From positions 9,672,001 through 9,736,000 of the forward strand of contig OZ004614.1 in NCBI GenBank assembly GCA_963924565.1: 64,000 bases of DNA, read 5' to 3'. Position numbers and translations under genes: made by a program. The notes under the pieces are model-generated. The model searched no databases and was not told the origin of the DNA. It saw nothing but the letters and a program-made list of their open reading frames with translations. The stretch is from Ascidiella aspersa. Taxonomy: Eukaryota. Shown one piece after another: positions 1 to 12,925 of this stretch (within the stretch, counting starts at the first letter, position 1; each line of letters opens with the position of its first letter).

Positions 1-831
1 TCGCCCGACAAAGATTTTTTATTATATGTACCAACGTTTGAATGAAACACACCGAAAAGCCATGATACCTAGCCGTAATCGTCGGTCAGAAAATAGCTTC
101 CGAGGGGCTAGATCACAGTTGTTAGTAAACACATATGTGCGTGTGTGTCTTTTAACGTTTCGGTGACTACTTTTGGGAATTTGTTTGCGAATTGACTTGC
201 TCTCAAACGAAATTTTTCGACAAATATTGATTTTCCCAATTTGTGGGCAAGATGATTCGATCGATTTCCACTTTTTCATGTATTTGTCGTACCTTATTTT
301 TGTACAGGCCGCCTGTTACACCTGTTGACCCTAATACAGAAAATCATTATACCTGCGGAAGATGACCGAACATACACAAGATAATTGAATTTCGCGTACG
401 ATCGGCTCATGAAAGTTTAAAACCCGCGTGCCATTTTGAGACTTCTCACTGTGATTGCCTCGCCGACCAATTCCGTTGCCCTCGATCATCTAAACCTCAA
501 GTCAACAGGCCTATTCGATTTTCCCTAAATAACATGTACTACTGAGATTTTAGGGAAATGTTCCACTAAGCATTTGGCCAACTCATCTTAAATATTGTTA
601 GCATTACATCGAGTGTGGTTTTAGTTGTAGTGCTCTTTTATTTTTTTATTTTAGCTGAACCATACACTAAATTGCCGTTCAGAAAAATAACATATAAACA
701 ACACATAGAAGTAAATTGTTTATGTAGAACAATTAAGATAGATAACCCCATTTTATATTAAAGTGCTAAGTAAAAACACTGTATTTTACCCTAAGACATT
801 TCGTGTACGTCGGTTTATTGAATACATAAAC

Positions 832-1318
832 CAGTGTTGTAAACAAATATTTTCAAAATAACCTAAGTCCCAGTCAAGTCATTTCTAAAATAACTCAAGT
901 ATTTTTCAATAAATCACAAGTCAAGTGCCAGTCAAGCCATAGCTATAGCAAGTCAATCTCAAGTCACGTCCTTGTAATCAAAGGAAATATTAAACTATAC
1001 TAAAATTGGTAAACTAACTGGATTACGAGAAAACAAAGCAACATATAGCAAGCAAATACTTTTATGTAAAAAAAATAAAATATGTAAAATTTTATAAAAG
1101 AAAATGCTTAATGCAATTACTTCATTTTAACCTAAGAAATTTATCCGAAAGACTTAAGTCAAGTTAAATAATTTGCCCAAAAGATTTCAGTAAAGTCTAG
1201 TCTTTTTTCCCAAATGACTTATAGTCAAGTCATATCATTTAAAAACAGTGACTATAGTGCAGTTAAGTCAAATCACTGACTTAAATCTTTACACTTGATT
1301 CAAGTCATTTCAACACTG
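832..1318. mobile_element. Degenerate non-autonomous DNA transposon (hAT-like) with CAAGTC subterminal repeats
   Basis: Ends CAGTGTTG...CAACACTG are inverted repeats and the interior has many (A)AGTCAAGTC units. Related fragments lie near 30790-30905, 32600-33060 and, reversed, 46270-46620. TSD not convincing. Confidence 0.55.
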
Positions 1319-2530
1319 AAAAAAAATACTATTTATTTCCAGCGCCATACAAACAGGTGTAAAAAGATAACAACTGAGTTGAGCGTCGTCGCTTTTATCG
1401 CTTTTTACTTTGATTTTGGTTTCATTTGAACTCTCCTTTTTTTGTCGTTTTATTCTGCGTGCTGTTGGTGGTTTCAAAACAGTATGATATGGTCGACGGA
1501 GATCTATCTAAGTTGTACACAGGACTATGGAATCATGGCTCCATGTCACCACATACTGTGTTTTTGTAAACTTTTAAAACAAAACTGTGTTTTTTTTGCG
1601 CTTCGCGCGACATGTGTCACAAATTAGGGAAAACACACTTTTCGCGCCATTTTAATGTTATTTGCAGTATGGACATTGTATTGTTTGCATCACACCTTTC
1701 AAAACACGTTCAAAGCAATGTTCAATTTTTGCGCTTCGGGCGACATAAATTGTTCGTATGCAGCCTTACAATTACATGGATGCTTTCACAACAGGTTTAT
1801 CAATATCTCGAGCACAAACACTTTCTGAGTGTGTCAGGCTTCGTAACTTAAATTTTACCCAATTCAACGCGATTAAGAGTAAACTTTTATATCTTCATGT
1901 TGTCGCAATGATAGTTACGCACGGCGCGAATTGTGCACTGGGGCCTGGCCCCTGACCCCATACAGTTATCCGGCGGGTCGCAACCGCGTGAGTTCTTGTT
2001 GGTTTGCGAAGGTTTCTGGTCAGATATGCTACTTGTCAAAACCACAACTAAAATACCAATCAAAAGTATATTGTTACAATGTGCAGTAAAACGTTATCAA
2101 ATAGCATTAGTGAACGTATATTTATTTTCAAGTTAATATGAGGCTGACAGCCACCGCCTATTGCAGCGACTATTGGCTAAGACTGCGCAAAAGACTTCTC
2201 TACTTATGATAGCCTTTGATTGCTTCGATTTATTGTTATGCTTCTGGACCTTGTCCCTCAAACCTCGTGTTGCTGAGTTGTTATGTTCACAACGTTCGTT
2301 GTTATTTTCATACGTATAAAACGCATGTACTGTTTTCACATTTTTATGTTCTCTATTTATATATTTGTAAAAAGTTTTGCCTTATTTTAAGTTAATTTAA
2401 TTTTACCTTTATCTTTACCGTGCAGCTGACTGGAAGGTCCATTAACCCTTCGCTGCTCCGGCCGTATCGCGCGTGAATTTGTTTTTTGTCATAGCTTACT
2501 TGTGTATTTTAATTTAAGCGCTAACGGAAA

Positions 2531-2562
2531 AATAAACATTACTTACTTACTTACTTACTTAC
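2531..2562 (+). repeat. AATAAA followed by (TTAC)6 microsatellite, possible LINE 3' tail
   Basis: aataaac-a-(ttac)x6. A polyA signal plus a short tandem tail is typical of CR1/L2-type 3' ends, but no RT ORF is recognisable upstream. Confidence 0.4.
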
Positions 2563-3156
2563 TCTAGAGAAAGCCGCTAAGACACGACATGTATATAGCA
2601 AATACATAGGAAGAAAAAGAACACGAAAGTTACGTCATATTTGGCCAATAAGACTGGCCGGCACTCTGAAAACATGGCTAGGCATTACAGCGGCCATTCT
2701 AAGGCCAATTTTCCGCAGTAGTCAGACGCCCGCAAGACTGACATAGATTACGAGATTAAGGTTACATGTCAAGTTTGAAACGAGGCGAACTGAAGCAAGA
2801 AAACTCAGGAATTTTACACACAACAGTACGGAAACATTAAATCATCAAATATAATATTATGTAACTGAAGAAAATATTTGGCAAACGAAAGCTGAAACGC
2901 GTAATCTAAAACCCTATTTATCAATTCGTAAAATAACTTAATGAACTCTAAGATTTGGCTTATTGCAATTATTTTAATTGGTTGTTTAATGTGTTAGCGA
3001 ACACGTAACAATGATATGCAATCAAAAAATACTGAATTTCTTTTAGTATGATGATTATTATTCAATATCTAAGGGGGGCAATAGACAAAAGGTTGAAAAC
3101 CACTGTTCTGTAGCGAGTTCTCAACATTTGATTTGGAAATTTACTATGGCCTATAC

Positions 3157-3591
3157 CAGTGGTCGGAAAACTGTGGGCCGCGGCCCAAATGTGGGCGGCA
3201 GAGCCATGTTTAGTGGGTCGCGAGTCACTTTTGGATAGTTTAGTGTTATTATGTAGTTGTGGGCCGCGTGATAGCCGTACAATCATTGCACTTTAGTTTA
3301 AAAGTTGGTATGACGTAGAATTTTTAAATTGGCTCAGGTTGGAAAGGCCCACGTTCCAAATATGGTCCTGAGAGCCGTTCGAACCATGTTTTTATATGTA
3401 ATTGAAAAAATTTTTGCGCTTCGCGCATATGTTCTTCCTTTTATACTATGTTTTACATTATGATATTGCAGTGATTTGGCCATTGGAGCGCCGTGTAATA
3501 TTTCACGCTAAAATCAAATATCATGAATCCGTCACTGTTTTCGTACTGGTTTATGTAGTGGGCCGCGACAACAAAAGTTTGCCGACCACTG
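3157..3591 (+). mobile_element. hAT (Buster/Charlie-type) MITE
   Basis: TIRs CAGTGGTCGG(A)AAAC / GTTTGCCGACCACTG, 8-bp TSD gcctatac/gcctataa. Same family as 49948-50408, which is in the opposite orientation. Confidence 0.85.
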
Positions 3592-6500
3592 GCCTATAAA
3601 TATCGTCGTTTCCATATTAAATTATTAAACAGAAGGTGGCGCCATGGCACTTAGAATGCATTTTTATCTTGACAACGACTTTTATTAAATACTTAACGCT
3701 TAATAATTAAATTTGTCTTTGAATAGGCATCATTTATTCAAAAAAAAAAATAAGGTGTCGTTCGATTTGTTTTACAAAATTTTCTAAAACAATTAGGCGA
3801 ATTTACTAATTAGTCAATATTCAGAGTTGTGATAATTGTAAACATTTCGCCTATACATTAAGAAGTTGGATAAAATATTTTGCGGGCAAGCTTTCGATGA
3901 ACATTTCCAAGACACCACGGTTCTGTGTCTGAAATTGTTCAAGGCCTTTTTGCTGACCTAAGGCCCTAATCAACTTCGTTAACTAAGGTCCCAAATCTTT
4001 ATATATATATATAATTTGGTCTCTCAGAAAATTGGTCTCTCAGGTCCTTGCGTCAAGCCATCTTCCGACAATTCGCCTCTTTGGGCACTTCATAATCATC
4101 CTATAGGAACACACTAGTCGGTTGCGCACGGTTACAGTGAAAAGCAATTGTAGCGCTTCGGGATTTGCAAACCACATATTGATCGATATCTGCTTGCGCT
4201 TTCTTGACAATTTAACCTTTTCCCTTGACAAAAGTGCGATCAATTGTTCATCCAATAACGACCTCGCGATTTTGACGCTTTCTTTGTCTTGTTATTGGTT
4301 ATACCTGCGGTCTTTCATTTGTTGACAGTTGACATTAACACATAAATCGCTAGATTGCTACGTATAGATTTCCTGACTGTAGCATTGAAGAAGTCTTGAA
4401 ATCAGGTGCCACTCTTAACAACAAATTGTTTTAAAATCTTGACAAGGCTTTTACAACTGTCATGTCAAAGTAGAAATCAAAACATCTACAAACTTGGAGT
4501 TTTTGACGTCGTTTTAAGAAATATTTGTCCAACACGAAATCTTTAGAAAGAATTATCCTTAATGTGGGACCGTTTCAATTAAATAGACACTCATGCTCTT
4601 TAGAAAAACGGTTCTAAAAGTTAAGCGTAAAGTAGTCGGAACAAAAAGACACAACTAAGCCATGTAATCCATACGGATATATACTGTGGTCTATCCAGTC
4701 TATAAGTAGTACCATCCGACCATTACGACATACTTACACAGGTACCAGCAGTCAACGTTGCCATGGCCGTTTCTTGACCAGGCCTGTTCAGTTCAGTCTA
4801 CAAAGCGTCAGTTTCAAAGTTCGAACCTCACTGCAATTAAAAAGTTAAATTGCCTATAGTCTCCTAGTTTGCATTTCAATCCTGAGTGGGTCAAAACTTA
4901 TTTCGGTAATAGCCTTTTCGAAGGCACCTGTCACACCAAATCCAAATCGGTTTAGTTTTACCATTTTATCAAGTCGACCAGGATATTTTTTGCAGTTTTT
5001 TTTGTTGAAGTTAAAGAAAGTTTCTAGGACGAATGAAACCTTCTTCTGTACAACATCCTAATTTGATCGCACATTTAGTAATTTCGATACGTCCAGCAAA
5101 ACATATGCGAAAATGTAAATCTTTTTTTCGCGTTCCACTGTTGGCAGTTTAGCATGCAGAAGCAAAATTACATTATCGCCTAACCATTGCTACAATTTAT
5201 CAATTAAACAAAGCCATGCCACTGTTGGTGCTAAAAACTGATTTTATTTTTAAATACCGCGATATTTTATATAAATTAGCATTATTCCTCAACCACCAAC
5301 GCGTTGATCTAATGTACTATCCTGCTTTTTAGTTTTAAAACGGAAAGGAATGTAAAAGTAATAGCGTTTCCACATGCAATAAAAATAGAAATGCTTTTCA
5401 GCTTTAAAAGGGGAGTATAAAAATAATAGCATTTTCATATGCAATAAAATCAATAAATGTATTGCTACATGAACTTTAACTCTGGGTATAACGCAACGCA
5501 TAGTCTATCACGCGCTATATATGTTTTCCATGTGAATGGACCGAAAACTGTATAAAATTGAAAACTGTATAAAAAACACTCTGCGCATTCGCCTGTTACA
5601 AACCGGTTAATATGTGACCGTCCAACAAAAAATCTGTGTTGTTTACACAGCGCGGAGTGGCAACATTTAGATATAAGCTTGAATATCGACGACAGTAAAG
5701 ACATCGTTTTACGATATACCAGAAATCCGTGATCTGTTGAAACACAATTACTCGACCAATGCTTTACTTAAGCTATAGATACGATAGGAGTACAGAAAGG
5801 ATTGTCTTTTGCACATCGCTGGGAGTTATAGTGCATAAGAGTCAACCAGTCTTCTTTCTAAGAAAATTTTAAACTGAGCAAATATCTTTTTTAGTGAGCA
5901 AGAGTATTTTAAGGCTGAATTAGCAAGGGACAATCGATGTTTTTGTATTAGGGCAAGTCGTAAAAATTTTAAAGACGACGTCACAAATCGTGACATCATG
6001 AAACGAATATTCTCAAGAAACTTTCTGTTCACGGTTTAACTCGGAAATGTGCAAAAGCAATCGAGTTTAAATACATTCAAGGATATGGCAACAAAAGGGT
6101 CGAGCGAAAAAAATATCCCAATAATTAGGTTAAATTGGCAACAGGTATAGTCATCTAATTTAGAAAGATGGGATATTCAATGCATTTAGCAAGCAATTAG
6201 GATTCGTGAACTACTGGCTAATTAGCATTTGCCAAGAGAATTTTGACAACTAGTGAGGGTCATTCACTCAACAGTTGTATATGGTTGCACAGAAATCAGG
6301 TAGAAAAAATTCGCGCTAAACCCGAAAAATATAATAGTGCATTATACCAGATAAATTTTAAGATGGAGAGGTGTTCCCTGCAATAAAGGAAAACAAATGC
6401 GCTTTAGCTGCCACAAAAGCCTTTGCGGAACCAGTGTTGCCTTTGATTGATAACCACGGCGCTTTCGTGATCAACCGCTTTAAAATCGATCTCTAAAACG

Positions 6501-6937
6501 GCTTCCTTTCAATTTCAGTGGTAATTAAGGTGTGAAACACCTTTTCCTTTTCAAATTGGGCTTGACAGGACACCAGCTTCTGCTGCGAGACTAACTGCTG
6601 TGGAATATTTTTGATGTTCGGTTTAGAAAGGTTTTGAACGGGTCTATGGGCAGAGTTAGCATGCCGTGCTTATTTTTGGGTGCAGTAACTTAAAAAATAC
6701 TAATGTGGTTATTTCAAAGAAAGGTGTCAGTTTGTTTGTGCTGGTTTGTCCTATTACATTGTAAATTTAGGCATACGTATGTCAGTCAGGCAAAATATTA
6801 TTGGGAAATTGTGTCAGCGTAAGCACTTTGTTTGTAATAAATCTATTAAAAATGAATTTCCTAATCAAACGAATCCGAAAGGAAACAAAGAGCTATACGC
6901 TCATTGCTGGTATTGTGATTGTGAAATCAACCTAGAG

Positions 6938-7477
6938 CAGGGGTCGCCAACCTTTTTCTCTTGCGGACCAAAACCAAGTTAGCAAGTTCTTAGCGGGCCG
7001 TAATAAATTTCCACGAACAATTTTGTTCTAAAAACGTATGGCTTTTAAGCATTTTATTATAATAATGCTTCGGTGGCTGACCATAATGTTTTAACGCATT
7101 GAAAGTTAGTCTAATTAACTAAGAAAGAAGTTAGACACACACCTAGTGCGAAAAAATGCGTTTGTGATTTTTAAATTAGCAAAACATTCAAATTTACAAA
7201 GATACGTGACGCATTTGGCGCACGCAAAATAAAAGATGAACAAACCTCTTATACTCTTGTTGTTATATGTTGGCCATGAAGTACGGAATACATCAGCAAA
7301 AAGTGTACGGACTAAGTAGGAAAAACTTTCATTATAGAGAGTGCCATTCACTTTAGGCGCATTTTTTTTTTGTTTTTTGAATAGTTAAATTTTAGATAAA
7401 ATATGGGGTATAACTTTGTGTGTAGTTTGAAAAAGAGGCCGCGGTACGAATGATTTTTACTGGGAGACCGAACCCTG
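6938..7477. mobile_element. Degenerate hAT MITE
   Basis: Starts CAGGGGTCGCCAACC and ends ...ACCCTG. Flanks acctagag/tcctatag (6/8). Left end resembles the 8739 element. Confidence 0.5.
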
Positions 7478-7673
7478 TCCTATAGAGGTTATGGGATAAA
7501 ACGCAATCAGCGTCCACAACTTTATGATAAAACACAAAAATTTTGCTGGAAGCGCTGCAGCAAATTATTTAATAAATAATCTTACTACAAGCAAACTTCA
7601 CCAGGTAAACGTGACTATACCGAACACCGGCAACTAAGACTGCGTGGGCATTTCATGCTGCCAAACTCTAGTC

Positions 7674-8192
7674 CAAGGGTCGGAAACCTATGGCTCGCGA
7701 GCCATATACGGCTCTTTTTATGACGTCATATGGCTCTTTTGATAAAGAATCTTGCTTACAGATTGGCTAAATCTAAGCTATCATTTCTTAGCATGATTTG
7801 AATAAAACTTCACGGGGCAACGGCCACTTTGCTAACTGAATTTTTCCTTTTTAACACACATAGTAGAGCATTTTTTCGGCAATTCGCGCGAACCCTATTT
7901 GTATTTTTGGACTGTTATACTGTTTGACGGAATCTCTTTATATCCAAAAGGCCCTTGCTTTTCCGGCAAGTGGGTTTCCGTAATGAAAGTTGTGGAAACT
8001 TAGCTAATTGATTTTTTCTTGCTTAGTATGTACTGTCTTTTAAATGAGAACAAAATAAAGGGCCCTGTTTAAATGGCCACTTTTTCCAACCTATAACTAG
8101 ATGTTAAAAAGTATTATTTGGCTCTCATGAAAATACAACTAAGAATATTTGGCTTTTATGGCTCCCTTAGCTGAAAAGGTTCCCGACTCCTG
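7674..8192. mobile_element. hAT MITE (GGCTCGCGAGCC family)
   Basis: CAAGGGTCGGAAACC...GGTTCCCGACTCCTG inverted ends, flanks ctctagtc/cactcgtc (6/8). Subterminal palindrome GGCTCGCGAGCC is shared with 61889-62424. Confidence 0.65.
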
Positions 8193-8738
8193 CACTCGTC
8201 AATCGTTTCTTTCCAACAATCGTGCCACGCACCTTATCCAAACGATTTAGCCGCATTCTGATATTGCGAAAACCGCCCCAGTACTACGTTTTAAAAGGTT
8301 TACAGGTGTACTCTGACTTAAAAAAAGTTGACAAAGCGCGCATCAAATCAAGGTGGTAAAATACTACGTCATTAAAAAACAGCGTGTTTACTTTTTGGTC
8401 GTGGCAGATGGTGACCCTGTCTGTAAGTATCAGTAAAACCCCCAAAAAATATATTGTCTAATTTTACAAAAAAATTCGCGACACACTTACAAAAAGACCA
8501 CCAGCAGGTAGACAAAAGAAATATGTAAGCAAAATAAAGGGGAGATATTAGGCTCAGATTGCACTGTTTTCCGATTCGCTATTTTGTTGCATGTCCGATG
8601 GCAGGATAGTCTGTCCTCGTAGATTAATCGACGTTGCACCGATCGATTGATAGCCCTCCTAATTGCCAACAAAGTAGACTTACCGGTAACGCAGTCTAGC
8701 ATCGCAGCACAGAAATGTCAACGCAGAAAGTTATAAAC

Positions 8739-9255
8739 CAGGGGTCGGCAACATTTTTCTAGTCGCGGGCCAAAACCAAACTCAGAAAGATCTCTGCGGG
8801 CCGCACAAAATGATAACTAAGAATTGTGTTATTTTCATGTTAAAACAACTGTGAATCAGCCGGACCTCGGATCGTATTAACATTTAAGAAGGCTGTAAAG
8901 TGTTGGCGCAAAGAGCGAAAAAAAGCGTTTGTAGGTTTAAAATTCAAGTTCAGACGTCGCCATCCATACTACCAACGAAAAGTAATAAAACTACTTTGAA
9001 GGAACGCGCTAACATTTAAAGTTAATCTAGGTTAGTGTTGGTACACCTGAAGAGCGAAGCGAGCACGATTTTTTTGGTATACCGGCATTTCTTTTAAATT
9101 TATTGCAAGTTCTTATTGCATTGCCGAAAAAAAATGTTAAAAAATATACGTCCAACATTTCGAATACGTTTTCCGCGACGCACTTGGTTGCCTTCCACGG
9201 ATGAATTACATCGGCGGGCCGGATGCGGCCCGCGGGCCGTAGGTTGCCGCCCCTG
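8739..9255. mobile_element. hAT (Charlie-like) MITE
   Basis: CAGGGGTCGGCAAC...GTTGCCGCCCCTG TIRs, subterminal GCGGGCCGGATGCGGCCCGC palindrome, TSD ttataaac/tcataaac. Confidence 0.8.
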
Positions 9256-9382
9256 TCATAAACAGATGCTGGCAATTTAAACTATAGTGCGCCTAAAACC
9301 TAATGGAAGTTTTGAGGTCGTGGTTTGCCAAACCATCAGACAGAAACCCGCTGGCATTAGCTGTTTTTTAATTAGGCCAGAG

Positions 9383-10200
9383 CAGTGTTCCCTCTAAGAA
9401 AATTTTCTACTGCGCAAATATTTTTTGTAGTGCGCAAGAATATTTTCAGGCTGCGCTGGCTGGGATCCGCGCCAAATCGTTGTTTTTTGTATAGAGGCCA
9501 GGCGTAAAAAATTTAAAGATGACGTCACAAAGCCTAACTTCATGAAACAAACATTTTCAATAAACTTAAATATGTTCAAAGATATGGCAACAAAGCGGTA
9601 GCGCGAAAAAATACCCGAATATTTGGGTTAATTTGACAAAGTTTCTCATTTTCAAAAATAGGATGCGTGCTGCTGCTGCCTTTAGCGCACAATCAAGTAT
9701 TACGAACAATTGGCTCATTTTTATTGTCAACTTGTGAGGGCCATTATTGACCTCGCAGCTTTACCTGCACAGAAATCGTTTTAAAACTGCAATTGTGTTA
9801 AATATTTTCGTCCTAAAAGATGCACTTCGGTTTCATGATCCCGAATTATTGTGAAACACTCTACTGCTGTGTTCGGCACTGTTCTAAACCTATTTTGTCT
9901 TTAATTTGCTGAGCAGACATTTAATTCTACTTGAGATAAAAAATATACACAGCCGATTAGACAAAGTAATTTATTACGTCAAAATTGTCAATGAGGATTT
10001 GATTTGCTTTCGCTACAAACATCAATGAAAAATGACCAACGCGAAAAGCTCAAACTGTTGTGGCAAAAAGTGAAGATATTTTAGTTTTAATTTGAGAATG
10101 ATGTAAGTGCGCAAAAGCAATTTTTTTTACTGATTTTACTGCGCTATTTGCTTGGTGTGGCTGCGCAATTGCGCAGTTGCGCACCTTAGAGGGAACACTG
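9383..10200. mobile_element. Non-autonomous hAT element
   Basis: Perfect 16-bp TIR CAGTGTTCCCTCTAAG / CTTAGAGGGAACACTG and perfect TSD ggccagag. A decayed relative lies at about 5850-6300. Confidence 0.9.
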
Positions 10201-11003
10201 GGCCAGAGGTCACCAAACCGCTAGTTTGGTGAATCCGTCCGCGGTAAATTGACCTAGTAAAGCTAAAATACGGTTAATAATAGTTTACTAACGACATTTT
10301 TTGTCGAATCTGTAAGCTTAATTGTAACGAACTTTCAAACTAAACGACAATTTTATCAAGCTCAGTATAACTTTTATTACCTCTTTTTATGTTTTCCTTC
10401 ATTTAATTATGTCAATAAATACGAGAAAAAAAAGTAGGCCTATTCGCTATGCGATTGCCAGTCCATTATTCGGCCCTGTATAGAAAAAGTTTGGTTCTTA
10501 ACTAAACCAGTGCTTGCTAAACGTGTTAGCACGGATTGCTAAATTGCATTCACTCAAATGCAAAACCGATGTGACTGTAGTGCATATATCCTAACTTATA
10601 TAGTCTTTAATCACTATAGAGTAGGGCCACCAAAAATTACTTTTTTACCGTACGTTATAGCATAGTTTGACAGTTGTTATTACAATCATATTTTTAGGTC
10701 TTTTATTATTTCTCTGCTACATAATGTAATAAATCCTTGATAGAAAACTCGCCTTGAAGCTACTTGCTCTAAAAGGCTGATCTCAGCACTAAAGTTCAAC
10801 AACAGACAATGCAGTATTGCGTAACAAAAAGTAAGAGCATCGTGCCTCGTTGGTAACAGGCATTAGGCAAGACTTTTAATTTAGTTGGTGCTGGTATTTG
10901 AGTTAGTCAACATTTGTTGGTAAGGATTAGTGTAGATTGGTTGTTGTAGATTTAACCGAGAATCCTACAACAACGAACATTATTACTTAGGATAGGGTGC
11001 GGG

Positions 11004-11270
11004 TTAGCTTTTGGGTCTGGGTACGGAGCTGTCATTGGGGGACCACGAGCATAAGTCTGTAGCAATGTCCTGGTATTGCAAAACCCTTGCTACTATATTT
11101 TTAATTTTTTTAGTAAAACTCAAACTGTTAGTGGTAAACCTTCTTTGACCTATTGTAACACATTTTTCTCGCATGTTACTACCTGCTATTCGTGAGGAGT
11201 TTTGCCACAGTCGATCCCAAGCTTGCAAATTGCAATTTTTTATCTGTCGCTTAATTGCCAAACATTGTTA
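11004..11270 (-). pseudogene. Possible non-LTR retrotransposon C-terminal relic
   Basis: Minus-strand peptide IKRQIKNCNLQAWDRLWQNSSRIAGSNMREKCVTIG resembles the W-x-x-x-W region after RNase H in I/R1-group LINE ORF2. Recognised by eye only. Confidence 0.3.
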
Positions 11271-11283
11271 CGTCACTTACAAC

Positions 11284-12239
11284 TAGGGATGCTCAAAGTA
11301 GAATATCGAATCCTTGGATTCGAATCCAATTCTGCCATTTATTTCGGGTAATTGGAACCGATATAATTTAATGTTTTACCGCGGATTGTTGCGCCTAATT
11401 GCACAAACGCGTGTGGTAAGCTGGCCTGTTGCCGCGGCGACCAATTTATAGTGCTTGCTTTAAATGTAACCTCGTAGTGCAGTGTCAGCGTTTTTTCGGG
11501 CGACCAATTACCGCGTCTCGCGATATCGTTCGTCTAATAATTAAGTGTCAATCAAGCGTTATTGGGCGAGCGGCTAACGTGTAATGTCAGGTGTGGAGTT
11601 CGCAATTTCCCTAAATGCGTTAAGTTGCAAAAGTAACATAGCGTTGCAAAACGTGCAGGCCGTCCACAAAATGCGCTATGGGGTTACTTCAGGTCAACTT
11701 TAGGCCAATATTCAGGGAAGTTATGCAGTTATGCACAACGTAATTGTCAAGAATTCGTTATGTCAATAATAACTTTGTATTCTTTGCAGTACATCATTTG
11801 ACTGCATAACAGATCATGTTAGTCAAAAAAGAAGCAATAAGACTTAACAATGCTTTCAAAATCAGGACCGAATTGCTTAAGACTTCTGTGTGGAGTGGTG
11901 CATTTTCTCACTATTGGCCAAAATATAAGTTTTGGACACAACCTGGACAGTTGACATATTACAGTTTACAGAACGGCTTCAGATGACAGTTGTTAAGAAT
12001 GTTAAACATATGAGAGAGTTTTTTAATTATAATGTACACATGTTAGAAAATTGTTTGGGCGATTTATTGCTGTGATTGTGGGCCCTGTAGGGTAGATTAA
12101 GATTAATCCCTTCCCCAAACAAAATCGAGGTTAAATAATTTAATAAAAATATACTAGGATTAGCTATTCTGGATTCGTTATTCTAGATTCGAAACCTATT
12201 ATTCTAGAATACCTTGGGATTCTACTTTAAACATCCCTA
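11284..12239. mobile_element. Ac-type non-autonomous hAT element
   Basis: TIR TAGGGATGCTCAAAGTAGAAT / ATTCTACTTTAAACATCCCTA (19/21), perfect TSD cttacaac, GAATCC/GGATTC subterminal repeats. Confidence 0.88.
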
Positions 12240-12588
12240 CTTACAACCAACATTTGTGTTTTTCTATAGTTTACTCAGTTTTTCTTTGGAACGTTTAACC
12301 AGCATTTTAATTAGTTTGTAAACCGCAAGCTATAGAATGATAGCATAACTAATACAAGCAAGTTGAACATTTCTTTCACAAAACGTGAAACAACGATATT
12401 ACCATTTAGGCTCGGAGAGATAGATTTGGTGTTGTTCCATTGATTCAATTTTGTGGTAAAATTAATTCTGTTAATTGGTTAAAGCAAGCTTAACAGAACG
12501 AAGAATAGTTAAATTGCACATACTTTCAGAGGTTTACTATTGAAAATGCGTTTTTACACAAAGCTTAAATAAGGTTTTGTGTTATTAA

Positions 12589-12925
12589 ATGTCGAAAATT
12601 GGCAAATGGTGCGAGAGTTACGTCTCTTTTGGCTTCACAAAAGTTAGACGAGACGGCCATAATTGTGCGCAGTGTCTGCACTGCTTGGTGGTGATGTCAA
12701 GCCGGTTTACCGAATATGGTCGTCGTTCGTACTTTTTCATGTTATTGACATGGTTTCATTTTTTTCTGTGACGTACTATATGTGCAAAATAAGCTTATTG
12801 TTTTTATTAATTTCAAGTTGTAAAGTACTTCCATTACTGACATTCAATGTTTTTTAAAGGCCGGTCCGTGATAAAATTTCGGTTTTAAAACTTGTCTGGA
12901 GTGCAAAAAAGGTTGCCGACCCGTC
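12589..12925 (+). pseudogene. Internally deleted Buster/Charlie hAT transposon with N-terminal BED zinc-finger relic
   Basis: MSKIGKWCESYVSFGFTKVRRDGHNCAQCLHCLVVMS matches the typical Buster N-terminus (Y-x-x-FGFT...QC-x-x-C). It is followed by a Charlie-like right end GGTCCGTG...GTGCAAAAAAGGTTGCCGACC. Confidence 0.6.

Noticed and set aside
4040-4315. Minus-strand Cys-containing peptide fragments that look vaguely like a RING finger
   Set aside because: Needs frameshifts and lacks several ligands. Cannot be supported without a search.
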